Source: a virus
Strand: one strand, 5' to 3'
Length of the DNA: 64,000 nt
IMG/VR virus record: IMGVR_UViG_3300009081_000012
Span: 12,982-76,981 of that record
Positions within the stretch are counted from its first letter, which is position 1. Each line of letters begins with the position of its first letter. Shown piece by piece: positions 27,665 to 37,596 of the stretch. The notes below the pieces were generated by a model. The model searched no databases, was not told the origin of the DNA, and saw only the letters and a program-made list of their open reading frames with translations. The translations under genes and the position numbers were made by a program.

Positions 27665-28219
27665 ATGAGTTATGCATGCACCATTTTTGGTAATATTTTT
27701 GAACATAAAACAACACAAGGCGGTAATGCTAATTTATCCGGTAAGAAGTTGGAGGATGATGTTGAACAACTGATTTTAGAAAAAAATATAAAAGTCATGG
27801 ATGATTGTGGCCGTGAAGACTATTCCGATTATTGTGTAAATGGTGGTTATGAAGGGCTTCTTGTGAGACAGGTTACGAAAAAAAGATGGCATGGTGGAAA
27901 TGGAAAATATGATTTCTGGTTTTGTATTAATGGTAGAGAACCTATAAGAATAGAGTGTAGAAGACAAAACGTTTCTGGATCTGTTGATGATAAACTACTG
28001 GCTCTGTTTTATGATTCGTTGGTCGGGAAGGAAAAATATATTATCATTATCATAGATGGAAACGGTTGTAATCCTGACGCACTTGACTGTCTTAAAGAGC
28101 TGTGTGAAAAAACTACGGATAAGATAATCAAAGTGATGACGTTACCTGAATTTAAGAACTGGTTAGATTCTGAATTTATGGAGGTATTTAAAGAGGTGTC
28201 AATAAATGAAAGTTATTAA
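27665..28219 (+). CDS. PD-(D/E)XK-superfamily nuclease
   Basis: G..LE..V, YDF, IECRRQ..SGSVD.KL, IIIIDG.G; start after AAGGGAG. Confidence 0.65.
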   Translation: MSYACTIFGNIFEHKTTQGGNANLSGKKLEDDVEQLILEKNIKVMDDCGREDYSDYCVNGGYEGLLVRQVTKKRWHGGNGKYDFWFCINGREPIRIECRRQNVSGSVDDKLLALFYDSLVGKEKYIIIIIDGNGCNPDALDCLKELCEKTTDKIIKVMTLPEFKNWLDSEFMEVFKEVSINESY

Positions 28220-28760
28220 TTTATTTGGAGCCCCAGGCGCCGGTAAGTCGACAACCGCAGCCGGATTATTTTTTTTAATGAAACTACATAGCGATATAAT
28301 AGATAGTGTAGAAATTGTGACCGAGTTTGCCAAAGATCTTGTGTATGCTGGGCGCACAAAAGAATTGGCAGGGGATAATCAAATATACATATCATCTAAA
28401 CAATATGGAAGATTACATAGATTAAGAGGACAGGTAGATTATGCCGTAACAGATTCCCCAATTCTCCTTAGTTCAATATACGCTTCAGATGATTATTTTC
28501 CATCCTTTAAGCAACTGATTAAAGAAATGTTCGATTCGTTTGAAAATATTAATTTTTATATACACAGGACAAAACCATATCATGGATACGGCAGAGTACA
28601 AACTGAAGATGAAGCGTCTGTAATAAACAGCAGGATCTTAGACATATTAAAAGAATACAACATCAATTATACAAACGTGGATGGTGATACCGAAGCCCCA
28701 AAGAAAATTTTTAATACAATTAAAGAGATGGGAGGTTTTAATGATTGTAGAAAAAAATAG
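28206..28760 (+). CDS. P-loop ATPase/kinase (NadR/AAA_28-like)
   Basis: GAPGAGKST, EFAKD, TDSP, GR.Q. Confidence 0.8.
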   Translation: MKVINLFGAPGAGKSTTAAGLFFLMKLHSDIIDSVEIVTEFAKDLVYAGRTKELAGDNQIYISSKQYGRLHRLRGQVDYAVTDSPILLSSIYASDDYFPSFKQLIKEMFDSFENINFYIHRTKPYHGYGRVQTEDEASVINSRILDILKEYNINYTNVDGDTEAPKKIFNTIKEMGGFNDCRKK

Positions 28761-28971
28761 TAGTCTATTGAATTGCTTTAACGGTGATCATAATTTAATA
28801 GAAATTTATAGACAGGTTATAGACGATAGTGAAGAAAATGTGATTAGATGGTGTAATATATGTGGGTCTGTTGTAGTGGATGGTGAATATGATGGAATAA
28901 CCCATCCAGGAAAAATTCTTAAGATGTTAAGCCCACAAACAATAAATATGTTAAAACCATCAGACTATTAA
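28741..28971 (+). CDS. Small Zn-binding hypothetical protein
   Basis: C..G.H...RWC..CG. Confidence 0.6.
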   Translation: MIVEKNSSLLNCFNGDHNLIEIYRQVIDDSEENVIRWCNICGSVVVDGEYDGITHPGKILKMLSPQTINMLKPSDY

Positions 28972-28991
28972 TCTAACCGCCTATTAGATAG
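28971..28991 (+). promoter_or_regulatory. Candidate phage-specific promoter AW[C/G]TAACC-N9-ATAG (also TAACC at 44018, 51296, 55524; variants at 13391, 38687, 59137)
   Basis: Four exact TAACC-N9-ATAG copies with an AWS prefix, mostly just upstream of genes lacking TTGACA promoters. Confidence 0.5.
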
Positions 28992-29024
28992 AACACTATA
29001 CAAAATTTAATAAAGGTGATTATT

Positions 29025-29600
29025 ATGAAAAATAAACTACATTTAGCGCATGAGTTTGTGCTTAAAAAGCATGCTAATCAAACAAGACGTTTTACTGGTG
29101 AACCATATGTAAAACATTTGGAGGAAACTGCCCAGTTGTTATGGGAGGCATCTCCAAATTCAACAGAGGACGACTTTATAGCCGCTGTTTTGCATGACAC
29201 GGTTGAGGACACAGATACAAGTATAGACGAAATAGGGCAGTTGTTTGGTTGTTATGTTATGAAAATTGTTGCTGAACTTACAAGTAATAGTTCTGAAAAA
29301 GACAAGTTCGGCGCAGATATTTATATGACCAATAAAATAAACAACATGTCAAACAAAGCATTTAGTATAAAATTGTGCGATAGATTAAGTAATGTAATAG
29401 GATTGAAGCATCCAAAAGTTCCAGATTCTTTTGTTAAATATTATTGGAACAACTCTAATTTTATCATTAGCAACATAGAGAGAGAATTGGATGATACACA
29501 AAAACAGCTTATTGACAGAATTAGTAGCATGTTGATTTATTTAAAGATGACTCGAAACATATCGTTATACGATATGGATATTTCAGTAAATTCTAATTAG
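29025..29600 (+). CDS. Small alarmone hydrolase (Mesh1/SpoT HD domain)
   Basis: H..Q.R..TGEPY..H, AAVLHDTVEDT, KLCDRLSN. Confidence 0.88.
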   Translation: MKNKLHLAHEFVLKKHANQTRRFTGEPYVKHLEETAQLLWEASPNSTEDDFIAAVLHDTVEDTDTSIDEIGQLFGCYVMKIVAELTSNSSEKDKFGADIYMTNKINNMSNKAFSIKLCDRLSNVIGLKHPKVPDSFVKYYWNNSNFIISNIERELDDTQKQLIDRISSMLIYLKMTRNISLYDMDISVNSN

Positions 29601-29614
29601 GAGGTGCATATAAT

Positions 29615-29749
29615 ATGATATATTCTATTATATTTTTTATAGTAGGTCTTTTAGTAGGCTGGAATCTTTTCCCCCAGCCGGTGTTTGTTAAAAATCTATG
29701 GGACAAGATTAAAGCTAAACTTACTAAAAAAGACACAAAGACTGTTTAA
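29615..29749 (+). CDS. Small membrane protein (44 aa)
   Basis: Manual translation MIYSIIFFIVGLLVGWNLFPQP...; AGGAGGTG SD. Confidence 0.7.
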   Translation: MIYSIIFFIVGLLVGWNLFPQPVFVKNLWDKIKAKLTKKDTKTV

Positions 29750-29776
29750 TAAAAACACAACATTGGGGGATTACAC

Positions 29777-30034
29777 ATGGCACAACAACATAGAGTGGTT
29801 TTCTTAACAAAAGGGCAAATGGCTCCTGAAAATTCAACAGGTATTGCGTTGGCTAATGGTAGTATTGTTTGGATAGGTGAAGAAGGTACATTCCCTGTTA
29901 CGGCTTCGTTGGGAACACATTTGGAAACAGATCCTGAATTTCTAACAACATATGATAATAGAGAAGCAACTGTTGAAGAAATAGCAGAGTATGATTATAT
30001 ACTCGCTAATCCATCACAACCACCAAATCCATAA
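29777..30034 (+). CDS. Hypothetical protein
   Basis: GGGGG SD; first gene of the propeller module. Confidence 0.7.
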   Translation: MAQQHRVVFLTKGQMAPENSTGIALANGSIVWIGEEGTFPVTASLGTHLETDPEFLTTYDNREATVEEIAEYDYILANPSQPPNP

Positions 30035-30083
30035 AATAAAATAACTACAATTAAAATAAAAGAAGGAAAAGGAGATTTATATA

Positions 30084-31139
30084 ATGGATCAAGATAATAG
30101 TCTGGATTTAATTATTAGGAATGGTTTAGATCTTACTGATAAAGCTAATACACATTTAACATCGTTACTTGATAAAACAAATGTGTTTAATCAGATAACA
30201 ACGAGAGCTGTAGAGGGAATGGATCTGATACCAAAATTTCATGTTTTTGATGAAGGTAAATTAGCAATCATAGCCGAAAGAATGCCAGAAATCAACAGAG
30301 CCACGCGCGCATTAGGTAGGAAAAACACACAAACAACAAACAGATTAATGACTCTTACTATGTTGAACGGTATTTCACCTATGAGAATAGTGCGTCAGTG
30401 TTTGTCAGAAATAGAAAATCGTAGACAGGCTATAAAAGAAAATAGATTTAAAATAGCAGAAAACTATGTTAAACTTAACAAAATAAAATATGAAATAAAT
30501 AAAGTAGAAAACAAACTTAATGTGGTAGCCACATCTATATTAGAAGCCGAACAAAACAACAAAACACAGGAATTGGTTGAGTTTAAAGATACACAAACTA
30601 ACTTGTTGTTTGATTTGGATCTTAAAAAAATAAAAATGGAAAAGCTTATTACCACGATACACGATTCAATGTTGTATCTAGAAGGAGCTCTGAAAGATGT
30701 TGCTTCTTTTCAAGCATCTTATTTACAGATATGCAAGAATAAAAATATACCTGAAAACTGGGATGAAAGAGATTTAGAAGAGGCAGAAGTTAGGCATCAT
30801 GTACAAATGGGTTTTCTGCTTCTACTAAGAGATTTGTTGACCGGCGGGCGAATAGGAATGGCTACTGCCGAATATTTACAACAGTTTGGAATTCATCCAA
30901 TGATGGCAAGTGATTTAACAGCTGAATATATTCAAAAATGTTCAGGAAAATTAGCAGAATTAAGAAGTAAAGAGGAAGTTTATTTAGATGAGTTATTAAG
31001 TATAGACAGCCTTCATGAGTTTTTGGAAGATATAAGTGATAAGTTTAAAGATGAATATAAAAAGGTATTGAAACAGATAGGTATAGAAGATTTACACGAA
31101 GACTGGTATATGTATAAAGATCACTATAAAGGGGACTGA
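30084..31139 (+). CDS. Coiled-coil protein of unknown function
   Basis: Long central heptad-rich helix; AAGGAG SD. Confidence 0.8.
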   Translation: MDQDNSLDLIIRNGLDLTDKANTHLTSLLDKTNVFNQITTRAVEGMDLIPKFHVFDEGKLAIIAERMPEINRATRALGRKNTQTTNRLMTLTMLNGISPMRIVRQCLSEIENRRQAIKENRFKIAENYVKLNKIKYEINKVENKLNVVATSILEAEQNNKTQELVEFKDTQTNLLFDLDLKKIKMEKLITTIHDSMLYLEGALKDVASFQASYLQICKNKNIPENWDERDLEEAEVRHHVQMGFLLLLRDLLTGGRIGMATAEYLQQFGIHPMMASDLTAEYIQKCSGKLAELRSKEEVYLDELLSIDSLHEFLEDISDKFKDEYKKVLKQIGIEDLHEDWYMYKDHYKGD

Positions 31140-31143
31140 TTAA

Positions 31144-32223
31144 ATGCCTTATAAAATTTCTGGAACAAAAAATGACACAGCTACACTTTATGTAATTAAT
31201 GAGGCTGATGACATATTAGAAAAATACGTTGTAATAAGTGGAACTGGTGCTTATGAAATAGATTCACTATCAGAAGGAAAAAAGTTAATTATCGCTAAAA
31301 AATCAGATGGAGAGACTCTCGCGTTTGGATATGTGGATCCAATTAGCTATTCTTTTTCAGTTGATAGGGGTGTTTTTGCTGGTGGTTATGATGGGATGGG
31401 TGCTGGTACTGTTGTAAATACTGTAGATTATATAACTATCTCAACTACAGGAAACGCGTCTGATTTTGGTGATACACTTGCTCTAAAAGTCGCAACCGGG
31501 GCTTGTGCTAGTGATACCCGTGGTCTTTTCGGTGGTGGCGCTGATTTTGAATGGATGGCCACAAATGTAATTGAGTGTATAACAATAGCCACAGTTGGAA
31601 ATACGACTGATTTTGGTGATTTGACTATTGGTAGATATTATTTAGGATCCTGTTCAAATAATACAAGGGGTCTTTTTGCAGGCGGTGATACAGACTCTGA
31701 TGTAGTAGACACAATTGATTATGTGACAATAGCTTCATTAGGTAACGCTACTACGTTTGGATCATTACTTACAACTAAAACAGGCGTTGGAGCATGTGCT
31801 AGTAGTGTTAGAGGCGTTTTTGCTGGTGGTTCTGCAGGTGTTATAGAATATGTGACCATAGACACAACTGGTAATTCTGTGGATTTTGGTGACTTAGTTG
31901 GGGCAAGACAGTATGTAGCAGCATGCGCTAGTTCAACTAGAGGCGTGTTTGGTGGTAATGGTCCAACAACATCTAACGTTATAGACTACATAACAATAGC
32001 TACACTTGGAAATGCTATTGATTTTGGAGATTTAACTACTAGTAGAGCGTTTGTTGGTGCGTGTTCTAATAGTGTTCGAGGTGTTTTTGCCGGTAGCGAT
32101 CTTAGTAATGTCATTGACTATATAACCATTGCCACTGTTGGTAATGCGGTTGGTTTTGGAGATTTAACACTAGCAAGGGATGAGATAGCCGGATGTTCAG
32201 ACTGTCATGGAGGTTTAGTATAA
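31144..32223 (+). CDS. Six-repeat Kelch-like beta-propeller protein, probably virion or fibre
   Basis: 6x RG[VL]F[AG]G...IDY[IV]TI...GN..DFGDL; C-terminal SDCHGGL. Confidence 0.8.
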   Translation: MPYKISGTKNDTATLYVINEADDILEKYVVISGTGAYEIDSLSEGKKLIIAKKSDGETLAFGYVDPISYSFSVDRGVFAGGYDGMGAGTVVNTVDYITISTTGNASDFGDTLALKVATGACASDTRGLFGGGADFEWMATNVIECITIATVGNTTDFGDLTIGRYYLGSCSNNTRGLFAGGDTDSDVVDTIDYVTIASLGNATTFGSLLTTKTGVGACASSVRGVFAGGSAGVIEYVTIDTTGNSVDFGDLVGARQYVAACASSTRGVFGGNGPTTSNVIDYITIATLGNAIDFGDLTTSRAFVGACSNSVRGVFAGSDLSNVIDYITIATVGNAVGFGDLTLARDEIAGCSDCHGGLV

Positions 32224-32254
32224 TTCTTTAAAATAGGAAAAGGAGATTTTTATA

Positions 32255-33007
32255 ATGGAATTAAATTTAATGATAGCTACACCAGCTTATGGGGGCATGG
32301 TACATATAGATTATTTGGATTCAATGATAGCTCTTGTAAGAGGTGGAATGGAGCACGGTGTAGGAGTTGAAATAGTAACTATAGGGAATAACTCGTTGGT
32401 ACCGAAAGCAAGGGACACTTTAATTTCTTATTTTAATGAAAACAAGTCGTACACACATTTAATTTATATAGATGCTGATATCAAATTATCAAACGATACT
32501 ATTCCAGCACTATTAAAAAGAAATGTGGATGTTATAGGTTGTCCAGTACCTCTTAAAGGATACGACGAACAAGGACTTCCGGTCTTAAATGTTGGTAAAG
32601 TTTTTTCATTTGACGAAACCGGTTTGGCTGATGTTGAACATATAGGTAATGCTGTTTTAATGTTATCTAGAAAAGCCGTTACAGATATAATTTCTGTCTC
32701 AGAAAAATATGAGCACAATCCTCGTTTTTCGCGGGGAGAAAAATTAGTACAGACTAATTATGAGGTTTTTAAAATAGGTGTTGTAAATGGTAATTACTTA
32801 CCAGAAGATTATTATCTGTGTTATCGATTAAGACAGCTTGGTTACAAGATATATGCCGACTATTCAAAAATACCAAGACATAACGGTATGTATGGTTTTG
32901 AAGTTAATAATAATCAATTAAATGGTTTATTTAATAAATACCTCAATAAACCAATTGTTCCAAAAGTGGTGTCGTTACTAGATAAACTAAATAAAGTTAA
33001 AAAATAA
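32255..33007 (+). CDS. GT-A glycosyltransferase
   Basis: IATPAYGG, SLV..AR, IDADI (DxD), EDY..C.R. Confidence 0.8.
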   Translation: MELNLMIATPAYGGMVHIDYLDSMIALVRGGMEHGVGVEIVTIGNNSLVPKARDTLISYFNENKSYTHLIYIDADIKLSNDTIPALLKRNVDVIGCPVPLKGYDEQGLPVLNVGKVFSFDETGLADVEHIGNAVLMLSRKAVTDIISVSEKYEHNPRFSRGEKLVQTNYEVFKIGVVNGNYLPEDYYLCYRLRQLGYKIYADYSKIPRHNGMYGFEVNNNQLNGLFNKYLNKPIVPKVVSLLDKLNKVKK

Positions 33008-33047
33008 AGCGTGTGTGTAAAGACTTGAATAAGGGAGATCAAAACAA

Positions 33048-34439
33048 ATGCCTTATAAAATTTCTGGAACAAAAAATCAGACAGCAATACTTTATGTAAT
33101 TGACGAACTTAATAACACATTAGAGAAACATACTACAATAAGTGGAGCAGGGTCGTACGAAGTAAATGATCTTTCAGGAGGAAGAAAGTTAATTTTAGCT
33201 AGAAAAATAGACGGCGAAACTCTTGGTTATGGATATGTAGATCCAATTAGTTATGTTGTGTTATCAACAGTAACTACTCAGGCAGTTTCATCTATAACTA
33301 GTTCCAGTTTTATTGGTAATGGTAATATAACAGATACGGGCGGCGCCAACTGTACCAGACGTGGTTTCTGTTATATGCTTGGTACTTCAGGTGATCCAAC
33401 CACAGCAAACTCAACGGCTTACGATGATGGTAGTTTTGGAACAGGCCCTTACACAAAAACAGTAGAGGGTTTATTAAGTTCAACTAGTTATAGAGTTAGG
33501 GCTTATGCGGTTAACACCATTGGAACTTCCTATGGAACAACCGTTCAGGCCGAAACTGCTGCCGAAGAAGCAGCAGGAATAGATAGGGGAGTGTTTGCTG
33601 GAGGATGGACCGGATCAAATCAAAACTATATAGATTATATAACAATATCTACCACAGCAAATGCCACAGATTTTGGGGATCTGTCACTAACAAGGTATGG
33701 TCAGGCAGGATGTGCTTCTTCTACAAGAGGAATATTTGGCGGAGGTTGGACAACAGCATCTGTTAATACTATAGATTATATAACAATTGCTACGATTGGA
33801 AATGCTATAGATTTTAGTGATTTAAGTGTTAAAAGAAACTATATCGCGGCTTGTTCAAATAATACCATAGGGGTGTTTGGTGGTGGTACACTAACCGCCA
33901 ACGTTAATACTATTGATTACATTACAATAGCCTCTCCATCAAACGCAACCGATTTTGGAGATCTAACTGCTACAACAAGAGCTATGGCTGGATGTGCTTC
34001 ACCAACAAGAGGATTGTTTGGAGGAGGTACTGTTATTGGTGTTACTGATAAAGTGGAGTATATTACTATATCCACCCCAGGCAATGCTTCAGTATTTGGT
34101 TATTTAACTGCAGCCAGAACTGCCATATGCTCATGTTCCTCATCAACAAGAGGCGTTTTCGCTGGTGGAAGCTCGACATCTAATATCATAGACTATGTAA
34201 CCATAAATTCAACAGGAAATGCTGCTGATTTTGGTGATTTAACAATAGCACGATATAACGGAGCTGCTTGCACAAATAGCACTAGAGGGGTGTTTGGTGG
34301 AGGATATAATTCGTCTAATAATAACACTATTGATTATATCACTATTGCAACCGTTGGAAATGCTACAGACTTTGGTGATATGTCATTCCTCAGATCACGA
34401 TATGGTGGTTGTTCAGATTGCCATGGTGGTTTATCTTAA
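33048..34439 (+). CDS. Beta-propeller paralog with an inserted FN3-like domain
   Basis: Same N-domain and six repeats as 31144; insert TVTT...GL...TSYRVRAYAVN..GTSYG. Confidence 0.8.
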   Translation: MPYKISGTKNQTAILYVIDELNNTLEKHTTISGAGSYEVNDLSGGRKLILARKIDGETLGYGYVDPISYVVLSTVTTQAVSSITSSSFIGNGNITDTGGANCTRRGFCYMLGTSGDPTTANSTAYDDGSFGTGPYTKTVEGLLSSTSYRVRAYAVNTIGTSYGTTVQAETAAEEAAGIDRGVFAGGWTGSNQNYIDYITISTTANATDFGDLSLTRYGQAGCASSTRGIFGGGWTTASVNTIDYITIATIGNAIDFSDLSVKRNYIAACSNNTIGVFGGGTLTANVNTIDYITIASPSNATDFGDLTATTRAMAGCASPTRGLFGGGTVIGVTDKVEYITISTPGNASVFGYLTAARTAICSCSSSTRGVFAGGSSTSNIIDYVTINSTGNAADFGDLTIARYNGAACTNSTRGVFGGGYNSSNNNTIDYITIATVGNATDFGDMSFLRSRYGGCSDCHGGLS

Positions 34440-34493
34440 ATTTTTTAGATGATGTGTTAATTAAAAAAAATTAAATAAAGGGAGAAAATAAAA

Positions 34494-35756
34494 ATGGCAG
34501 ATATTTCAAAAATCATGTCTCTGCTTATAGACAACGTAAATAAAGTATTGGCTATTAACATAGACTTTATAGATACTATGGTACGTATAAAACGTTATGT
34601 ACATAGTTTCATGTATTATTCTCCGCCTGCTGGAAATGCTGTAAGTTTTGCTTTTGCCGGTGGTTATTCACCACCATCTGGTGATGCTATTGATTACCCT
34701 TTTATATATGATTTACCACCAGAAGAACAGGCGTCTTTACATACTGCTCGTTTCTTTAGCAATCCTAGTAATGATAGCCAAATTTGGAACAATGCTGCAA
34801 CTTTTTCAGCTGCGCGTGATGCCACCACAGGCACTGAGTTATTTAGTTCACAAGCCAATGGTATAGCACAGGCTTCATATACTGGATATGGTGGAGATAA
34901 TGAATATGGTGTTGCTCGTACTTTTTCTGAATTTGATTTATCATCTTTTACAACGGAAGGTAGAACTGTTCAATCGGTTACACTTGGTGTTGGAGGATAT
35001 GGATATTCAGACACCTCTGTAGCTTTATTTACTGGTACCCAAAGCAGCCCACCCACCATGAGTGATTTTGATTCCTATGGATCTTCTTTATCAAATGATA
35101 CTCTTGCCTGGGTACAGTTTGATGGTGATGGATCGGTACATATAAACACATTTACATTTAATAGTGGTGGTATTTCTTATCTAATTAGTAAAATGGGAGA
35201 TGTGCCTAAAGTGTGCTTCAGAGAAGCAGCTTATGATGTAGCAAACGCAACACCAACAACAACTAGAAGAGACGGTATGTACTTTGGTAATGCCCAAATA
35301 ATGTCTAACAATACAACCGGTGAATACTATAATGTAGGACCAATGTTGTTTGTAAATTATCTGAAAATACCAGTATGGACATCTGTGTTAAATGATACCA
35401 AATGGATGCCAGCAAATAGTAATCCAGCTAATGCTGTTTGGACTGGATCTGCTTGGACTGCTGGAACATCTGGGGATTTGTTCTTATCAGTAAAAACCGG
35501 CTCAACGTGGGCAAATGGATATAGACCATCTAAAATGAGAATAACATTTACTGGTACTATTAATACTCTTTTTTGGTTATATCTCACCACACAAATAGGC
35601 AGTCATGCGTTTATTGGAGATATATCTGGAATTACAATAACTTCTGGACAAGTAATAGATTTACCATGGTATTATCCAGAAAGTGTTACTTTTAAAGAAA
35701 TGTTTTTTAATAATACTTCTATAGTTGTTACTAACATTGAGTTTTTAGAAAGATAG
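34494..35756 (+). CDS. Putative virion or receptor-binding protein
   Basis: Gly/Ser/Thr-rich beta-type sequence, YSPP.G.A repeat. Confidence 0.55.
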   Translation: MADISKIMSLLIDNVNKVLAINIDFIDTMVRIKRYVHSFMYYSPPAGNAVSFAFAGGYSPPSGDAIDYPFIYDLPPEEQASLHTARFFSNPSNDSQIWNNAATFSAARDATTGTELFSSQANGIAQASYTGYGGDNEYGVARTFSEFDLSSFTTEGRTVQSVTLGVGGYGYSDTSVALFTGTQSSPPTMSDFDSYGSSLSNDTLAWVQFDGDGSVHINTFTFNSGGISYLISKMGDVPKVCFREAAYDVANATPTTTRRDGMYFGNAQIMSNNTTGEYYNVGPMLFVNYLKIPVWTSVLNDTKWMPANSNPANAVWTGSAWTAGTSGDLFLSVKTGSTWANGYRPSKMRITFTGTINTLFWLYLTTQIGSHAFIGDISGITITSGQVIDLPWYYPESVTFKEMFFNNTSIVVTNIEFLER

Positions 35757-35784
35757 TTCTAATTGTCATTGGAGGTAATAAATT

Positions 35785-36216
35785 ATGACGAATATAGTTT
35801 GGAACGATTCCTGGAATTCTAATTACGAACTTATAGATGAGCAACATCACAGATTAATAGATATAGTTAATAGTATAAATACAGATAGTAGTGTATTGAC
35901 AATTTTGGAATCACTGATAGATTATTCAGCTACTCATTTTTCTGATGAAGAAGAGCTAATGATGTCCGTTGAATATCCGTTATCAAAATACACAGAACAT
36001 AAAGAGGAACATAGTTTACTTAAACACGCTTTACTTGATTTTAGTTTTCTGTTATCGTATTTTTCCGGAGATTCAAAAAAATTTAAGTTACAAGTAAACG
36101 TGTTTAAACAATTCATGACACTTTGGTTTTCAAATCATTTTTTATTGATTGACAAAGAATTTACAGACTGGTTAAACAATAAAAATAACAATGGGGGTGC
36201 TAATACAAGTTCTTAA
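35785..36216 (+). CDS. Bacteriohemerythrin
   Basis: W...IDEQH, HFSDEE.LM..YP...H..EH, W..NH....DK. Confidence 0.92.
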   Translation: MTNIVWNDSWNSNYELIDEQHHRLIDIVNSINTDSSVLTILESLIDYSATHFSDEEELMMSVEYPLSKYTEHKEEHSLLKHALLDFSFLLSYFSGDSKKFKLQVNVFKQFMTLWFSNHFLLIDKEFTDWLNNKNNNGGANTSS

Positions 36217-36267
36217 AAATAAAATATATACATTAAATCATTCTACATTCTATAAGGAGAGATAATT

Positions 36268-37578
36268 ATGGACAAAACAGTCCTTATTGATACAAATTTG
36301 TATTTGGATGATGCCGAAATAATTTATAAGTTGTCTAGAAGTTATGATAAAATTTTAATACCAATAACCGTTTTAAAAGAACTTGATAAGCACAAATTTA
36401 ATAGGGATTTAGCATATAGTGCCAGAAATGCAATACGCTCAATTCTTAAATTTTTAGAAGAACACCCTAAAAAGGTTTTATTTGATACTGACGAGAATAG
36501 GCTTAAGCCGAACGATGAAGCAATACTTGATATAGCAACCAAGCATAACGCAACAGTTATGACCAAAGACGTATCTATGTCTATTATCGGTCATTCAAGA
36601 GGCATAAACACCAAACTTCACGACGTCGTTTTAAATAATCTGTTTAAACCTTATGTATACATTCACATGGATGATCTTCAAACCAAATCGTCTGATGATG
36701 TCTTCGCATACAATCAGACATATGATGAAGATGCATATGAAGATGTATTAACACTATTTTCAAAGTTTGCCGGTAGAGAACTACATGAAGATTCTTGGTT
36801 CTTTGTTATTATTGATATTAATAAAATCAAACCTGTGATTTATGCTAATAATCCTATGACACATGTATGTGAGAGAATAGACAATTGTAAGCAATATAGG
36901 GAAATTAATGTAGATAACACTATAATAAAAGCACGTGATTGTTATCAAGTGTGTGCTCTATATTCACTATCAAACGCACCACACACATTGATTACAGGAA
37001 GGTGGGGATCAGGTAAAACATTGCTAGCAACTGCACACGCTCTGGCAAACAACAGAAAGAAAATTTTTATCACGCGCGCCCCAATAGGTATAAGTGATAA
37101 ATATGATATAGGCCTGTTGCCTGGTGATACCAGAGAAAAAATGCTAAACTGGCTACAAGGTTTTATGAGTTCGTTGTATTACATTTATGCCAACACGAGG
37201 AATAGTGGTGAGAAAGACGGAAGTTCATACGATTTTGTTAAAGAAGAAGTATTTCCAACAAAATTTGAAACACTGGCTTTAAATTCAATACAAGGATTAT
37301 CGTTATTAGATAACGATGTTATGATAATAGACGAAGTTCAGTTGATTAATGTTTCATATATGAGTATGTTGTTAAGTAGACCAAGCGAAAGCGGAAAACT
37401 AATATTGTTGGGCGATATTAAACAAACTTATGATGTAGTAAAACCATCAGAATCTGGTTTATTAAAACTATTAAGAGTGTTACCACATAAATATTTGGCG
37501 TATGTTGAATTACAAAATTCATATAGAAGTCCACTTCTGGAGGTGGCGGATAAGCTACAGGATTCTACCATTTTTTAA
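36268..37578 (+). CDS. phoH: PIN plus PhoH-family ATPase
   Basis: IDTN..., VL.ELD, D..IL, TKD; GRWGSGKT, G.LPG...EK, IDEVQ, LGD..Q, RS. Confidence 0.88.
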   Translation: MDKTVLIDTNLYLDDAEIIYKLSRSYDKILIPITVLKELDKHKFNRDLAYSARNAIRSILKFLEEHPKKVLFDTDENRLKPNDEAILDIATKHNATVMTKDVSMSIIGHSRGINTKLHDVVLNNLFKPYVYIHMDDLQTKSSDDVFAYNQTYDEDAYEDVLTLFSKFAGRELHEDSWFFVIIDINKIKPVIYANNPMTHVCERIDNCKQYREINVDNTIIKARDCYQVCALYSLSNAPHTLITGRWGSGKTLLATAHALANNRKKIFITRAPIGISDKYDIGLLPGDTREKMLNWLQGFMSSLYYIYANTRNSGEKDGSSYDFVKEEVFPTKFETLALNSIQGLSLLDNDVMIIDEVQLINVSYMSMLLSRPSESGKLILLGDIKQTYDVVKPSESGLLKLLRVLPHKYLAYVELQNSYRSPLLEVADKLQDSTIF

Positions 37579-37596
37579 TTTGCGGGGTAAAAAGTT

